Source: Chiloscyllium plagiosum
Taxonomy: Eukaryota
DNA length: 64,000 nt
NCBI RefSeq assembly: GCF_004010195.1
Contig: NC_057749.1
Coordinates: forward strand, 25,534,669-25,598,668
Reading direction: 5' to 3'
Part shown: piece by piece, positions 24,880 through 38,818 of the stretch
How positions within the stretch are numbered: position 1 is the first letter of the stretch
Layout of the letters: every line of letters starts with the position of its first letter
The notes under the pieces: generated by a model
What the model was told of the DNA's origin: nothing
The model's input: the letters and a program-made list of their open reading frames with translations, nothing else
Databases searched by the model: none
Made by a program: the position numbers and the translations under genes

Positions 24880-27505
24880 TGATGGGATGTCAAGGCGCGA
24901 TACAACATGGACTTTGTGTCGAGAGAAGTTAATTGACATGGATTATGAAGAACACATACGAACGCTGTTGATAACAATGATTATCTCACAAAATCAATGC
25001 CACACATGAACTGTCAAACACGTGTGCTGTCATGCTGCTCCAGAATTACTCTTAAAATGGCTGCCTTCTCGAAGTGGGTGGTTTCCCTGGCAACCAGTGG
25101 ACACATTCACCACAGTGGAAAGCGTATGCTTTATGAGGCTGTAAGGGCAGAATCTGCCTAGTCAATATCCCTTTGTGTTGGTAGTTTAATCTTTAAGTGT
25201 TAAATGTGAGTTTAAATGTAAGATTCCCCCCTCCAGCCACCATCCCCGCTCCTCCCTCTAGCGAATAATGACTTCCTTTGTGTTTCTCTGGCCAAAAGTG
25301 GAGTCAGTGCGAACAATGTTTCTGATGGATCGACGAGACTTTGAGAAACCTGGCTTTGTACTGGGAAGCTTTAATTCACCTCAGTTGTTATATTATTAAT
25401 GTAAGTAAAGGTAACTCGTACTCGGTGAAGTTGTAGTCATATTTAAAAAGAGTTCCTTTTGCTTAGCACTGTAACTGGAGGCCAATGAATAATGTGCTGG
25501 GTGGTTCATTGTTGTAGAGTTTAAGATGCTGATGGGACAAATACAGCAGTAGAAGGCTTGTAGCTGCATACGTCAAGCTGAAATGGTGTTCACGAGAGGT
25601 GGAATTCTCCCTCACTTGCAGATGATTTCCAAGCTGCAGTCTTTGGGAGTATTAGCAATAAAAAGATCCCTGGGTCCACTGTAAATGAGTGGATCTGTGT
25701 CACAGGTAATCATTGTGTCCTCCAACACAATTTTGATAAAAGGACGGCTGAAATACAAACCAACCCTAATACTCTGAAAATGTATATTTGCACATGACAC
25801 TGCTGCTATTGTTATCCCAATGTCCCCAGGCATTGCTGTTTTATTTTGCCAGTAGGCGCGCAGAAGAAAGCTAAAGCCCCAGAAATGGCCTCATCAGAGA
25901 GGAAGTTGTTTGAACCAAGCTGTTTGTGAAGAAAGTGGATTTAGTGATCGGGGCTACAGCAGTCCCAAACAGCATGCTCATTCCTTCCTGCGCTCTGTTT
26001 AGCCACTTGTGAAGATGGCCACGCAATACTCATTTGAATTTTTCAGTGAGCCACAACGATGGGACAGAGAGTCCGTGGAATTATTTACAAAAAGGCTTCT
26101 TAGCCTGAGATTTTGCATGAGCCATTTTTTGCAAAGACATCGTGGATTGAGATGCTCAGTGCATCCATCTGGGATTGTCCATTTTGTGCGGGCATCAGTT
26201 GGTCAACAATGAAGCTCAGACGATTGTGCCAATTGCTAATGCTCCATTTCAGTTGCTAGGCCCCAGTTTCCTGTATGTGTGAGCCAATGATATGAGGCAC
26301 ACTCAATTTTCAGTGCTGTCAGTTTGTAACAAAAGACATCACAAATTGCATTGTGTTTTATAATGAGTATTTACTTTGTGCATTTGATTGTGCTGATATT
26401 TAAGAATTTTTTGTTCATATTGTTATGTATTGTTTTGAGTCACTGTAAAGCTATTAAGACCAGTGGCCATTCAGGGATGAAAATGTTTAATTTTGATGTG
26501 GGAAATGGGTGTGTATATGTATATATAATCAATGGAAATATATTTCAGATTAGACAGGGTATGTAATTCCAATTTAATATGTGCCTCTGTATTGATCATG
26601 GAAAGAATTCTAGGCTGTCTTCATTTGAAATCACTGAGCTCAGGGTTCGCCTGGACATCTAAGCTTCTTTGGATTTCTGGATAACACTAATTGTTGCTTG
26701 TTACGAAATTCACATTAAGCCATCATCTTCTGGTGTACAAGTTGACAAAATTTACGTAGGTTCAGTGACTGAAAGATATTTGACTCCTTAATGATTTCAG
26801 TTGCATGAACCCTGCGTTTAACAGAACGACCCCCCCCCCCCCAGTCAGGCTCCGAATAAAACTGGCCACAACTGTTGGAAACCAGTCTTGAAGTTGAACT
26901 GGATGGAGCCAGCTAGAATTAACTTTGCTGGGTGTAGCTCAAGTTTGGTGGGACATCGTGTTTGAAAATTTCCAAACATGCAACCCTTTGTCATACTGTT
27001 GTCGGCAAGGCCCACCCTCTGAAAACCTAGCTACTGATTAAACACAATGCTTCCATCAGGGCACAGCCTGCGGTAACTATCTCAATAGTACAAAAAGACC
27101 TTTGTGGATGTGTACCACCCTTCGAAGTTTGTGGAAAGTAATGTGATTGGCAATAAAACATGAGAATATTGAAATTGTCACAACATCTGCTGCTTTTTCT
27201 ACTAATATCCCTGTATTAACATGAATGAAATTATGAAAAAAACAATACAAAAAACAGGTATTACCTAAGGGAGCTGCTCTGAAGGACAATATATATGTGG
27301 TGACTTTCACTTATTCATATTGTTTCAAGCACTGCTAAGCATGATGAAAATGTGCCATTTTTAAAATGTAAGAGCTTTAATTCAGAAGATTAATTATAAC
27401 ATGCTTTATTGAAAACAAACGTACAACTAAGGAGAGATATTTTTCTGACATAATGTATTTTTTTGTAAGCGTTACTATTAAATAAATATTTCTTACAATT
27501 CAAAC
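24880..27505 (+). other. Probable 3'UTR of gene A, with AATAAA at 27481-27486 (alternatives 26855, 27152)
   Basis: Long SINE/LINE-free, increasingly AU-rich tract ending at an AATAAA, after which repeats resume. Confidence 0.6.
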
Positions 27506-27930
27506 TGCTGACGTTTATGGATAATCATTTCACATAGTCATGAGGGAAAGGAATTCCTTCATGATAGAGCCTTTGACCTATTTGTTTACCTGCATCCAAC
27601 AAGTAAAAGGGACCTAAAGGGCAACTTTTTCACGCAGAGGGTGGTGCGTGTATGGAATGAGCTGCCAGAGGAAGTGCTGGAGGCTGGTACAATTACAGCA
27701 TCTAAAAGGTATCTGGATGCGTATAGGAATAGGAAGGGATATGGGTCAAGAGTGTGGTGCTGGAAAAGCACAGCAGGTCAGGCATCATCCAAAGTGCAGG
27801 AGAATTGATGTTTCAGGCAAAAGCCCGTCATCAGGAATTCTGTTCTCCAGCATCTGCAGTCCTCACTTTCTCTGAAAGGAATATGGCCAAGTGCTGGCAA
27901 ATGGAACTAGATTAGGTTAGGATATCTGGT

Positions 27931-28243
27931 CGGCACGGTGGCTCAGTGGTTAGCACCGTTGCCCCACAGACCAGGGTTCAATTCCCACTTTGGGCGACTG
28001 TGTGGAGTTTTCATATTCTCCCTGTGTCTATGTGAGCTTCCTCTTGGTGCTCCAGTTTTCTCCCACAATCCAAAGATGCGTAGTTTAGGTGAATTGGCTG
28101 TGCTAAATTGACCATAGTGTTCAGGAATGTGTAGGTTAGGTGTATTAGTCTGGAGGGAATGGGTCTGGGTGGGTTACTCTTCAAAGGGTCAGTGTGGACC
28201 TGTTGGTCCTCAGGCCCTGTTTCCACACTGTTGGGATTCTATG
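27931..28243 (+). mobile_element. HE1-like V-SINE
   Basis: Same consensus. Confidence 0.85.
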
Positions 28244-28818
28244 GACATGTTGGACCGAAGGGTCCGTTTCTGTGCTGTACATCTTTATGACTGTAAGTGG
28301 ATAACCCTGACTTTCTTTGTGTGTTTGATGCCACTTTAGGTCTTGGCTAGATGTTGTTTAAGCAAGCTTCACTAATCTCAGCTTGGTTCCTGTATTAAAT
28401 GTGGACTGTGTTAAATGCCAATGAAAATCACAGTTCCTTCAGCCAATTGAAATGGGTAAATTGCAACTTTTGGCCTTCACTCCAGAGTTCAATGGGTGCA
28501 AATGGACTTTTTATTGTCATTACTCCTGGTTCTCCATTCTAAATGTTGTAGTTTCAGTTTGCCACCTGGTCCTAAGCAATGGGAAGGATGATGTGATGGT
28601 TTCGACACTGGGCATATTTTTCCCACCTTTTAGCAAATTGAAAACTTAGCCCCATTAACTCTGACTGGCAAAGTTGTGAGCTGTTTATGGCAAACGCTGC
28701 CAATCCAGCCTTCATTGTGGTTCCCCAGACTGTCCCTACCATTCCTTCTGTTGAGTAGCTTTAACTGCATTGAATACAACAGGGGAAAGGGAGAATTCCT
28801 CAATCCAATAATGGATAA

Positions 28819-29437
28819 TGTTATGGACTAGGCCAGACCAGTTCATATATTCTTAAGTAGGCAGCCCAGATCATAACTTTGCAATTTGTCTAGGTAAGTG
28901 TAACAGTGAAAATTACCCAGAGTAAGTTAGCTAGATTGACTAGCAGGTTTTAAAACAGACAAAAATGTGTTCACAAAATTACATGATGAAACACAAAGAA
29001 CAGAATAAAGAACTGTCTATCCAAACTAGACTTAATTATGCTGTTCCGAATGTACACAACAGTCCCAATAAGCAAACCCCTTAAACACAGTAAAAATGAA
29101 ACAGAGGCTTACAGGTCGAAGTTAGAAGGGCAGAAGGAGAGAGAGTTTAGCAGCCTTTCTTCACACAGTCCACTGCTGAACTCTCTAATTAGTTCTGGAC
29201 TGAACTACTCAGCTAGAGAGTTGGCCATGCCCTTGTACAGGTTACTTTTACAAACATAAAAGCTTTGGCCTAAAGACTCATCTATTTACATATAAACAAA
29301 AAGGCCTTTCATCTCTGTACCAAACCCAGCCGTTTCGGAGCCCGGCATGTTTATGATCCCTCTGAGAAAAAACCAAGGACACAGTATCCTTGAGAAAAGG
29401 AACAGCTTCTGGAAAAAAAGGGACCAGCTTTGAGACA
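28819..29437. mobile_element. Solo LTR (619 bp)
   Basis: TG...CA ends; 4-bp TSD ATAA at 28815-28818 and 29438-29441. Confidence 0.75.
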
Positions 29438-29673
29438 ATAAGGGTAAATCACTTTGAAGAGGTAATGTCTGCCTCAAGGTGGTTGAGAACAAAGTGCCAC
29501 ATGGATCAATTAAATGCAGCAATGAAACCTGCACTCAGATACAGGGATGTTTATTAAAACAGAAATAGTGAGGGTATACATTGCTGGAGCTGTATTGGAT
29601 CTACCTCATTATGATATAGCTCCTTTTGCCTATGGTCAGCAGTTATTAATAAAGGTACTGTTAACACCTTAAT

Positions 29674-30010
29674 CATTCCCTACAGTGTGGAAACAGGCCC
29701 TTCGGCGCAACAGGTCCATACTGGCCCTCAAAAGAGTAACCCACTCAGACCCATGCTCCCTACCCTTTTTTTCCCCTGACTAATGCACCTAACCTACACA
29801 TCCCTGAACAGTATGGGCAATTTAGCATGGTCAATTCACTCTGACCTGCACATCTTTGGACTGTGGGAGGAAACCGGATCACCTGGAGGAAACCTACATA
29901 GACACGGGGAGAATGTGCAAACTCCACACAGACAGTCTCCCGAGGCTGGAATCAAACCCAGGTCCCTGGCGCTGTGAGGCAGCTGTGCTAACCACTGTAC
30001 CACCATGTTA
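29674..30010 (-). mobile_element. HE1-like V-SINE
   Basis: Same consensus, reverse orientation. Confidence 0.88.
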
Positions 30011-31743
30011 CCCCTTTGTCCACAATGTAAAGGTCTTTAGTATCTTTCTGGATGGACCAAATGGCCTTCCTCATCCATAATCATATGTTTGGACTTTGGA
30101 AATCAAGAGCTTTGGGAATAGATTGTAGCGCATAGTTCACTGTTTTTACATTCAGTCTGATTATCAATGGAAAACAGACTGATTGGGTGTAAAATGGACT
30201 GCCGATTCATTTTGTTTCATTCAGCCATTAAGGTACAGATCAATCCAGGATTAATTGCAAATTCACAAGTTGCTCTTAAAGCTGCCATAGCAAATTCAAC
30301 CCAAAGGAGGCCAAGAATTGACTGCCCCAGGCACACAATCTCCTGCAGGTCTGGACTGAAGGGGAGCAATGCTGCCTGGAGGCAAAAGGTATACCATTAT
30401 GGAGGTGCTCTGAACACAAAGTGCATCCTAGAAAATGTATCAGAAAAGATTGACAAGGGTGGGTCTCTTGTCTCTTGAAGGACCCTGCCTCACTAGTTAC
30501 CTGATGAAGGAGCAGCGCTCTGAAGCTAGTGCTTCCAAATAAACCTGTTGGACTATAACCTGGTGTTGTGTGATTTTTAACTTTGAAGGAAGAGGGCTGA
30601 GGGTTGTTCTAACTGTGGTCTTTATGATTAAATGTCAATGTTCCAAAATTAAAAACCCATAAGAACACGTTTCCTTCATAAATGTGTCTCATATTTTCAC
30701 GTTTGTTCCATTAATCAGGAAACATACATGACCCATGCATCAAATTATACATTTTGGAATGGACGAGCAAAGCAAGGGAGTACATGACGAGTGGTGGTGC
30801 TGAGGATCAGCAGGACCTTGGTGTGTATGTACATTGGTCCTTGAAGGTGTGCATGGTCATCAAAAATGCATGTGGAATACTGGCCTTTACTAACTGAGGC
30901 ATTGGTAAGGAGATTTGGGAGGTTATAATAGAGTTGTGCAGGACATTGGTTAGGCTAATGCTGGTGTACTGTGTGCAGCTCTGGTCCCCAGTTGATTAGA
31001 TGGCTGGTTTGCAATGCAGAGTAACACCAGCAACTATTTCTGCACTGGGAAGGACTTCCTGTCTCAACCTCTCACCTCGCCTGAGGCATGATGACCCTCA
31101 GGTTAGACCACCACCAGTCATCCATGTCCAATGAAAGAGCTGTCCTATAGTGCAGTGGGACTATGGTGAGCTTTATATCAATACCGAATTGATACATTCA
31201 GTTGAATTTCACCTAAGGTTGTTTAAGTGGGGCTGCTTGTCAATTACCATTTTATTTTATTCAAAAGCACAGGAGAAACTTCATTCTCCAAACAGAAACC
31301 AATCACTTCCTTGCGATTCCAGGCATTTACACATTTTGCTTAGAATTTTCTCAAAATTAACTTGTTTGATAATTGTTGAAGAAAATCTCGAGAGGCAGAC
31401 CTTGAGCATTAACCAGTTTATTGTAAGATGCATCATGGGGATATCCTCCATTCTGACAGTGGCTCGGTAGGAGTCTAAAGTACAGCAGAAAGTTACAAGA
31501 TTATATAGAAAGTAAGATATGGGCTGAAACACAGGCTGACCATTAATTACAAAGTGTCAGGATAGTCCGAGGAGGCACCAAGTCAGGGGTCAGCTCTCAG
31601 AGTCAGGCCTAAAAGATGCTACACATTCTACAAGTAAGCAGGATTGAAATTTATCACCTCACATGCTGTTTACAGAGATCTGTGATAAATGCAGGACAGA
31701 CGCCCTTAATTAGAAGAACAACGCACATTGGCAATATATCATA

Positions 31744-31761
31744 GAGAGAGAGAGAGAGAGA
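31744..31761 (+). repeat. (AG)n microsatellite
   Basis: agagagagagagagagag. Confidence 0.9.
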
Positions 31762-32699
31762 AGCTAATTGACAAGAGGAGGCGCCTTTGAGCAATGAGGC
31801 TACACACACCAGCAATACATCACAGTGAGGGAAGACCTAAGCTATGCATGAGACAGCATCTTACAACCACATGCCGTGTCCTATTCTTCTCTTGGATGAG
31901 GGGCCCTCCAGCAAAATGGTCCCTTAACCAGGAGGGAAGCTATAGCCCAGAAAATGGCTTCCACAATAATACAAATATCAGCTGTCGCATTTGTCAGTGT
32001 TTAATTTATTACACTTCAAAAAGAACTTTATTTTCTATTACAATATCTGCTGAAACCCTCAGGACTATGTAACTTCTTTCTGTTTTTCATAAAGTTTCTT
32101 TACACCCAGGTGGTTTTAACTTTGGTTAATCGATTCAGATTGCTTGTAAGTGTTTGTTATATTTTGAAGTTGCAGGGAATCCTATTATACACCTGAGTGA
32201 AATGTGTAAAAAGGTTAGTTCTGCTTCAGGCAGAATGTGCCAATCCAGTGCCAGTGAAATTGTAACCTGTCAGCGGAGTTAGTATTTAGTTGTTTCTCTA
32301 AGGGATAGAACAAAACATTCTCCCTTTTGACAACCTTGCATCGCTTGATCACTTTGAAAAGAAGACATTTTCCCAAAAATGGCAGGCAAGCAATTTTTCC
32401 AAATCACCTTTCTATCAACCAGTTGCTTTGCCAATCTGTTTGGGAAGTACACTATAACATTCACAATTTGGAGATGCCGGTGTTGGACTGGGGTGTACAA
32501 AGTTAAAAAGCACACGCCACCAGGTTATAGTCCAACAGGTTTAATTCGAAGCACTAGTTGCAACCCCCGATGAAGGAACACCACTCCGAAATCTAGTGCT
32601 TCCAATTAAACCTGTTTGACTATAACCTGGCGTTGGGTGATTTTTAACTTTATAATATTCAAGGCTTTTTGAATTCCTCACCAAAAGGTCCATAGTATA

Positions 32700-33548
32700 T
32701 GTCTTGAATCACAGGGTGTATCCAAGAGGTTATTTTCAGATTCGGTTAAATATAGTTAAGAGAAGACTCGACAACAGCAACTTGCTTAAATATGGATGTT
32801 TATTAAATAATAATAATGAATGATAATGATAATAATGAGTAATAAATGGAAAAGACAGGAGAAAAAGCAACAGGCCTTACTCCTTTCTATCTGTCGGAAA
32901 GCCCTCGATCAACTGATGATCTGGGGGTTTAGGTTTGCTCTGGGCACCGTTTGCAATCCTGGTCCAAGGTGAAGTTCTGTCCTCGAAACAAAGCTCTCTC
33001 TCTCTCTTATAACGTGTAACAAACAGATACAAAAAGACAATACTGCTGGATGGTACGGATGGTCTACAGAAAAACAAGCTGCAGCTGCTGTCTTCAGCCC
33101 GTAAAGAAATGTTATTCAAAGTCATGCAGCTTGTTGAGTATCATTGCAGCCCTTTGCCCATCCTATACAATCTATTGTCCCATGCTGCTGTCGAATGTCA
33201 TCGCTAACTCTTTGCCCTTCACCCACCCCATACAGTATTTTAAGTTAATGTCAATTCTGATGATTAGCTGTTGGATTCTTCAGTGTGCGTGATTAACTCA
33301 GTCAGGTACTGTCTTTAGCTTTTGCTCAGGTGAAGCGTAGCAGAAATGGCTACGAGGCTGGTTAAGAGCTACAATAGAGCATGCTGGGAAGTTCGGTCAA
33401 GCTAGTTTAAACTCTGACCTTGGTTAAATCTGTAACCAGGCTGTATTGTGACTTGTCATGTAAACTGTGACCTGCAGTTTCCTGAGTTGATCAAATTAAG
33501 GAGGAGTCATGGGGGGGTCTGCTAGACAGCCTGGCACTCCTATTACCT
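32700..33548 (-). mobile_element. Probable solo LTR (about 850 bp)
   Basis: Starts TGTC; minus-strand AATAAA near 32800; TATA flanks both sides; terminal CA appears mutated to CT. Confidence 0.45.
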
Positions 33549-34066
33549 TATATGGAGTAAGGAATGTGGCAGTTTACGGCTTGGTACTAACATCTGAGAC
33601 CAAGATTAGAGTGGTGCTGGAAAAGCACAGCAGGTCAGGCAACATCCGAGGAGCAGGAAACTCGACGTTTCGGGCAAAAGCCCTTCATCAGGAATGAGAA
33701 GATGTTTCAGGGTTTTGACTCGATGACAGTGAAGGAATAGCAGCTCAGGGTAATGAAAGGCCAGCTCAGGATAATGAAAGGTAACATGCAGGTTCATGGT
33801 TCCTTGAAAATAGTCACAGGTAGATAGGATAGTGAAGAAGGCATTTGGTATGCTTTCCTTTATTGGACAGAGCATTGAGTATAGGAGTTTCGAGGTCATG
33901 TTGCGGCTCTTGATTAGGCCAAATTCCTGATGAAGGGCTTTTGCCTGAAATGTGGATTTTCTTGCTCCTTGGATACTGCTGTCTTTTCCAGCACCACTCT
34001 AACCTTGACTCTAATCTCCAGCATCTGCAGTACCCACTTCTGCCTACCTGATTAACATCTGGGAGC

Positions 34067-34553
34067 TGTTTACCAGTAAACCCCTTTGGCCAGGAACGAT
34101 CATTGTGATCAGGTTTTGGTCAATTTGTTGGTCGAGTGCCAGAGAATGTTCTAGACGAATTATCACGTTTTGTGATAGAAGTTAGCAGAGCAAAGGATTT
34201 TCAGGGGTGAGCCTCTGACACACAGTTGAGAAGCAGGTCACCTTCAGAGCAGACAAGGAACCACGAGGCAAGGTCTACACTGAGGGGAAAGTTGGTCACT
34301 TCACTCGAATCGGATTCGTATTTGTTTCAAACCAAACTTACAGGGTTAGAGTTAAATGAGAATTAAGTTGAAGTAAGGTAAAGTGAGGTGAAATGACATG
34401 AGTTAAAATTGAAATTATATTAGATGAAGTTAGAAGTATATATTGCAACAGATGTATGTTCTAAATTGAGTTTTGGTACTTAAAGAGTTAAATAAAGAAG
34501 GATTTATTTAATTAAGATTTTGAGTCAACTCTCTGTCTATTGTCTGTCACACA
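34067..34553 (+). mobile_element. LTR-like segment
   Basis: AATAAA at about 34490 followed by a U5-like stretch ending CACA; no clean TSD. Confidence 0.3.
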
Positions 34554-35164
34554 GGGAAGAACACGTGGGAGAAGGTTAAGTATTCCTTTTGAATAACATG
34601 CTACAAGAAGTGGCATTACTGGAGAAACTCTAGCAGGTGTGGCAGCATCTGTGGAGAGAAGACAAGATTAATGTTCTCAGTCCAGTGATCCTTCTTCAAA
34701 ACTCAGACTGTCTTTAGCCATTCAGTCAACAGAATGCTCTGTATTGGCTACATTGAATCTTTAACAAAGTGATGTCTGGATGGATGAGATCATTCTCATC
34801 TCCTTGACGTTAAATATTTCAGGCATTTTCTGTGGGACTCTTATTTAGTTTTGGTCTATGATTCAGTGTTATTGCACAACACAACTGCCTTCTGCATCAA
34901 AGTTAACTATTGTTCAAATTGCGGTGCTTTTGTGCAAGAAGAATTTGCAGTTGCTATGTTCATTTTATTTGTTCTTGACGTTTATAGAGTCATAGAGCAT
35001 GGTTGATATTCACTGGCAATGTCTACTTGCTCTTGAGCTGTTAATGATAGATCCTCCTTGTATAGCTGGCACTTGTTCAATTCAGCAGCTCCTCAGTGCT
35101 GCGAGAGAAGTTTCAGGATTTTGACTTAACGGCAGTACTGTATTGGTCAGTTCAGAATAATGAA

Positions 35165-35860
35165 AGGTAACATGCAGGTTCATGGTTTCTTGAAAATAGT
35201 CACAGATAGATAGGATAGTGAAGAAGGCATTTGGTATGCTTTCTTTTATTGGACAGAGCATTGAGTTTAAGAATTGGGAGGTCATGTTGCGACTGTACAG
35301 AACATTGGTTATGTCAAATTTTTGAATATTGCATGCAATTCTGGTCTCCTTCCTATCTGAAGGATGTTGTGAAACTTGAAAGGATTCAGAAAAGATTTGC
35401 AAGGATTTTGCCAGGGTTCGAGGGTTTGAGTTATAAGCAGAGGCTGAATAGGCTGGGGCTGTTTTCCCTGGAGAGTCGGAGGCTGAGGGGTGACCTTATA
35501 GAGGTTTATAAAATCATGAGGGGCATGGATAGGATAAATAGACAAAGTCTTTTCCCTGGAGTGGGGGAGTCCAGAGGCATAGGTTTAGGGTGAGAGGGGA
35601 AAGATATAAAAGAGACCTAAGGGGTAACCTTTTCATACAGAGGGTGGTACGTGTATGGAATGAGCTGCCAAAAGAAGTGATGGAGCCTAGTACAATTGCA
35701 ACATTTAAAAGGCATCTGGATGGGTACATGAATAGGAAGGGTTTAGAGGGATATGGGCCGGGTGCTGGCAGGTGGGACTAGGTTGTGTTGGGATATCTGG
35801 TCGGCATGGACGAGTCGGACAGAAGGGTCTGTTTCCATTCTATACATCTCTATGACTCTA
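35165..35860 (+). mobile_element. CR1/HER1-type LINE 3' fragment
   Basis: EYCMQFWSP..LERIQKRF..RRLRGDLIEVYKIMRG; VRVWNELP. Confidence 0.92.
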
Positions 35861-36043
35861 TGTTGGGGTGGTCACAGCTCAGAGGGAGGCTATTGGCCCG
35901 GTCATGTTGTTGCAGAGAGGGCACAGGTCAGGGAGCACATTGGCCCTGATAGCATGGGCATGGGGTTAATGGGGAGGGGGTTCCGCTGTGCGGAATGGGC
36001 TGTGGGGGAAGGGGAGCACAAAAGTGCTCAGGTTAGATGGTAG

Positions 36044-36656
36044 GGTTGCATGCTGGGGCCGGAGGTGGAGTTACATGCTGGGGTCAGGCATTGGGGTCAC
36101 ATGTTGGGGTCAGGAGTGGAGTAACATGCAGGGGTCAGGGGGTGGGGTTACATGCTGGTCAGAGGGTTGGGTCACATGCTGGGGTCAGATGGTGGAGTTA
36201 CATGCTGGGGTCAGGGGGTGAGGGTCACATGCTAGGTTTAGGGGATGGGGTCACATGCTGGGGTCAGGGGTGGGGGTCACATGCTGGGGTTGGGGTGTGG
36301 GTCGCATGCTGGGGTCAGGGGGTGAGGGTCACATGCTGGGTTTAGGGGATGGGATCACATGCTGGGGTCAGGTGGTGGAGCTACATGTTGGCTTTAGGGG
36401 ATGAGGTCACATGCTGGGATCAGGGGGTTGGGTTACATGCTGGGGTTAGGGGTGGGGTCTCAAGCTCGGATTCGAGGCTATGGGTCATATGCTGGGGTTA
36501 GGAGATGGAGTTACATGTTGGCGTTAGGAGTGGGGTCACATTCAGATTAGAGGCTGTGGGTCACATGCCAGGGTCATGGGGTGAGGGTCACATGCTGGGT
36601 TTAGGGGATGGGGTCACATGCTGGGGTTAGGTGTGGGGTCACATGCTGGGGTCAGG
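36044..36656 (+). repeat. G-rich minisatellite, about 24 units of 25-26 bp (GGGTCACATGCTGGGGTCAGGGGGT)
   Basis: Directly visible tandem units. Confidence 0.95.
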
Positions 36657-37950
36657 GAAGATGTGAAGCACAGGCCAGGAGTAGCAAGCAGGCCTATAAT
36701 TTCTGTCCCTGCCCCTGGCTGTGGGTTCTCTGTAAAAACCAATAATCACCTCATTCTTTTTCCCTGCCTTTTCCTCCTTAGACCTTTCCACAAATTCTGT
36801 CCAAAAAATGGTTCAGTTCCCTTCTGAAAGCACTGATGAAATTTGCCACAGTAGCTCAGTTGGTTAGACAACTGGTCTGTACCACATTGTTATGCCCCCA
36901 AACACACACACTGCCTGCAGTTACCATGAAGGACTCTCCTTTGCAACCTCTCTGCTCCCCTGAGTCCTCAGGTTGCCCCACAGCCATTCATGTGTTCCCT
37001 CTCTAAGCTCTCCATGCTCGGATGGGACTTCGCCAACTTTACCTTGCCTTTCAGGCAGGGCATTCCAGATCTAAACCACACTTTATATAAACAAATTCCC
37101 TCCAGGCTATCCTGTGGAGGGTTGGCTGCTTTGTCTTAGATGATTGTATTAGTGAAGTCATTGGGGGGGGCTCCTCAGAGTGGAGGTGCCCTCGCAATCC
37201 CTCTTCTAAGGTGACAGTGCAAAAGTCTCTGGGGCTGCTAACCTTCTAATCCCTCTCCCTGGGCTGCTCTGCAGCCTCATTAATCCTTAACTGGACAGTG
37301 AGCACAGGACTGTCTCCTATACAGTGGCTCAGGGGTTAACACTGTTGCCTCACAGTGCCAGGGACCCAGGTTTGATTCCAGCCTTGGGCAACTGTCTGAA
37401 TAGAGTTTGTACATTCTCTCTGTGTCTGCGTTGCTTTCCTACGGGTGCTCCGGTTTCCTCCCACAGTCCAAAGATGCGCAGGTTAGGTAGATCGGCTAGG
37501 ATAGATTGTCTGTTGTGTCCAAGGATGTCCAGGTTGGGTGGGTTAGCCATGGGAAATGCAGGGATAGGTTGTGGACAGTGGGTCTGAGTGGGATGCTGTT
37601 TGGGGAGTTGGTGCAGATGCGATGGGTTGAATGGCCTCTAATCTGCAGTGTAGGGATTCTATGAAATGTGAGGCCTGAGATTTGATGTGGTTTATTTTAC
37701 AGTGCGAAATACAGTGAAAAGCTTTCATTTATCACCACAATACAATGCTATTTCAATGGTTTTAGAGGAAAAAATGAAAAGATATAGCTTAAAGGATGTC
37801 CATCTATGCTCACCACTGCCTTGCTGCTGCCTCCACCACACCCAACTAACGTCAAAGGCCCCAGTCTTCAGGTGCCATCTTTAAGAGGCTCTGAAGAAGA
37901 ATTACATTGGACTCGAAATTAACGTTAGCTCTGTTTCTCTCTTCACAGAA

Positions 37951-38282
37951 TAGATTAGATCCCCTACAGTGTGGAAACAGGCCTTTCGGCCCAACAAGTC
38001 CACACCGACCCTACGAATGGCAACCCACCCAGACCCATTCCCCTACCCTATATTTACCCCCTGACTAATGCATCCAACATCATGGGCAATTTAGCATGGC
38101 CAATTCACCTGACCTGCATATCTTTGGATTGTGGAAGGAAACCAGAGCCCCCAGAGGAAACCCACGCAGACACGGGGAGAATGTGCAAACTCCACACAGA
38201 CAGTCGTCTGAGGTGGGAATTGAACTCAGGTCCCTGCCACTGTGAGGCAGCAGTGCTAACCACTGAGCCACCGTGCCACCCA
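37951..38282 (-). mobile_element. HE1-like V-SINE
   Basis: Same consensus, reverse; an older + strand relative lies at about 37322-37663. Confidence 0.9.
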
Positions 38283-38656
38283 ACAAACAGATGCCATCCA
38301 TGCCTGCTAAGTTTCTCCACTTCTTCCCCTTGTTTATTTCTGATTTCCGATTTCATTTGTTTTGGATATAAAGTGGGACCAGTCACTGAGATAGTGAGAA
38401 TGAGCCAAAGTGTGAGTAATCCGGCAGGAGGAAATAAGACTGGTCATTTCTGTCTGGCAGGTTCTCAATCTCTTCATGCTGTGTATGTGCTTTGCTTGCA
38501 GCCTAGACTTCTTTTGAATGATCCGTAATGACTTAGAATGAAAATTGCCCTTACGCTACTTTGATGATAAGCCACTTGCTGAATCCAAGAGCAAAGACAA
38601 CAATGGTTGGATCTAAGTCAAGGGCAGAAAATATTAAAGCTTACCTGTTCTTTCAA

Positions 38657-38818
38657 GATGTGGAGGAGCCGATGTTGGACTGGGGCGGACAAAGTTAAAA
38701 ATCACCCAACACCAGGTTGTAGAGTTCCATACCCACCTGATGAAGGAGCGTCACTCCGAAAGCTAGTGCTTCCAAATAAACCTGTTGGACTATAACCTGA
38801 TGCTGTGTGATTTTAACT
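38657..38818. mobile_element. Second Penelope-derived short family, usually palindromic (copies near 11254, 30500, 32470, 42840, 57550, 62520)
   Basis: CTGATGA-a-GGAG-cgtca-CTCC-GAAAGC-tagt-GCTTC core; inverted arms aaaatcac...ccaggtt. Confidence 0.75.

Noticed and set aside
35988..36345. Gly/Trp-rich ORFs
   Set aside because: Translations of the G-rich minisatellite.
37971..38528. 185-aa ORF and similar DCGRKPEHPEETHADTGR ORFs across the window
   Set aside because: Spurious frames through V-SINE copies.
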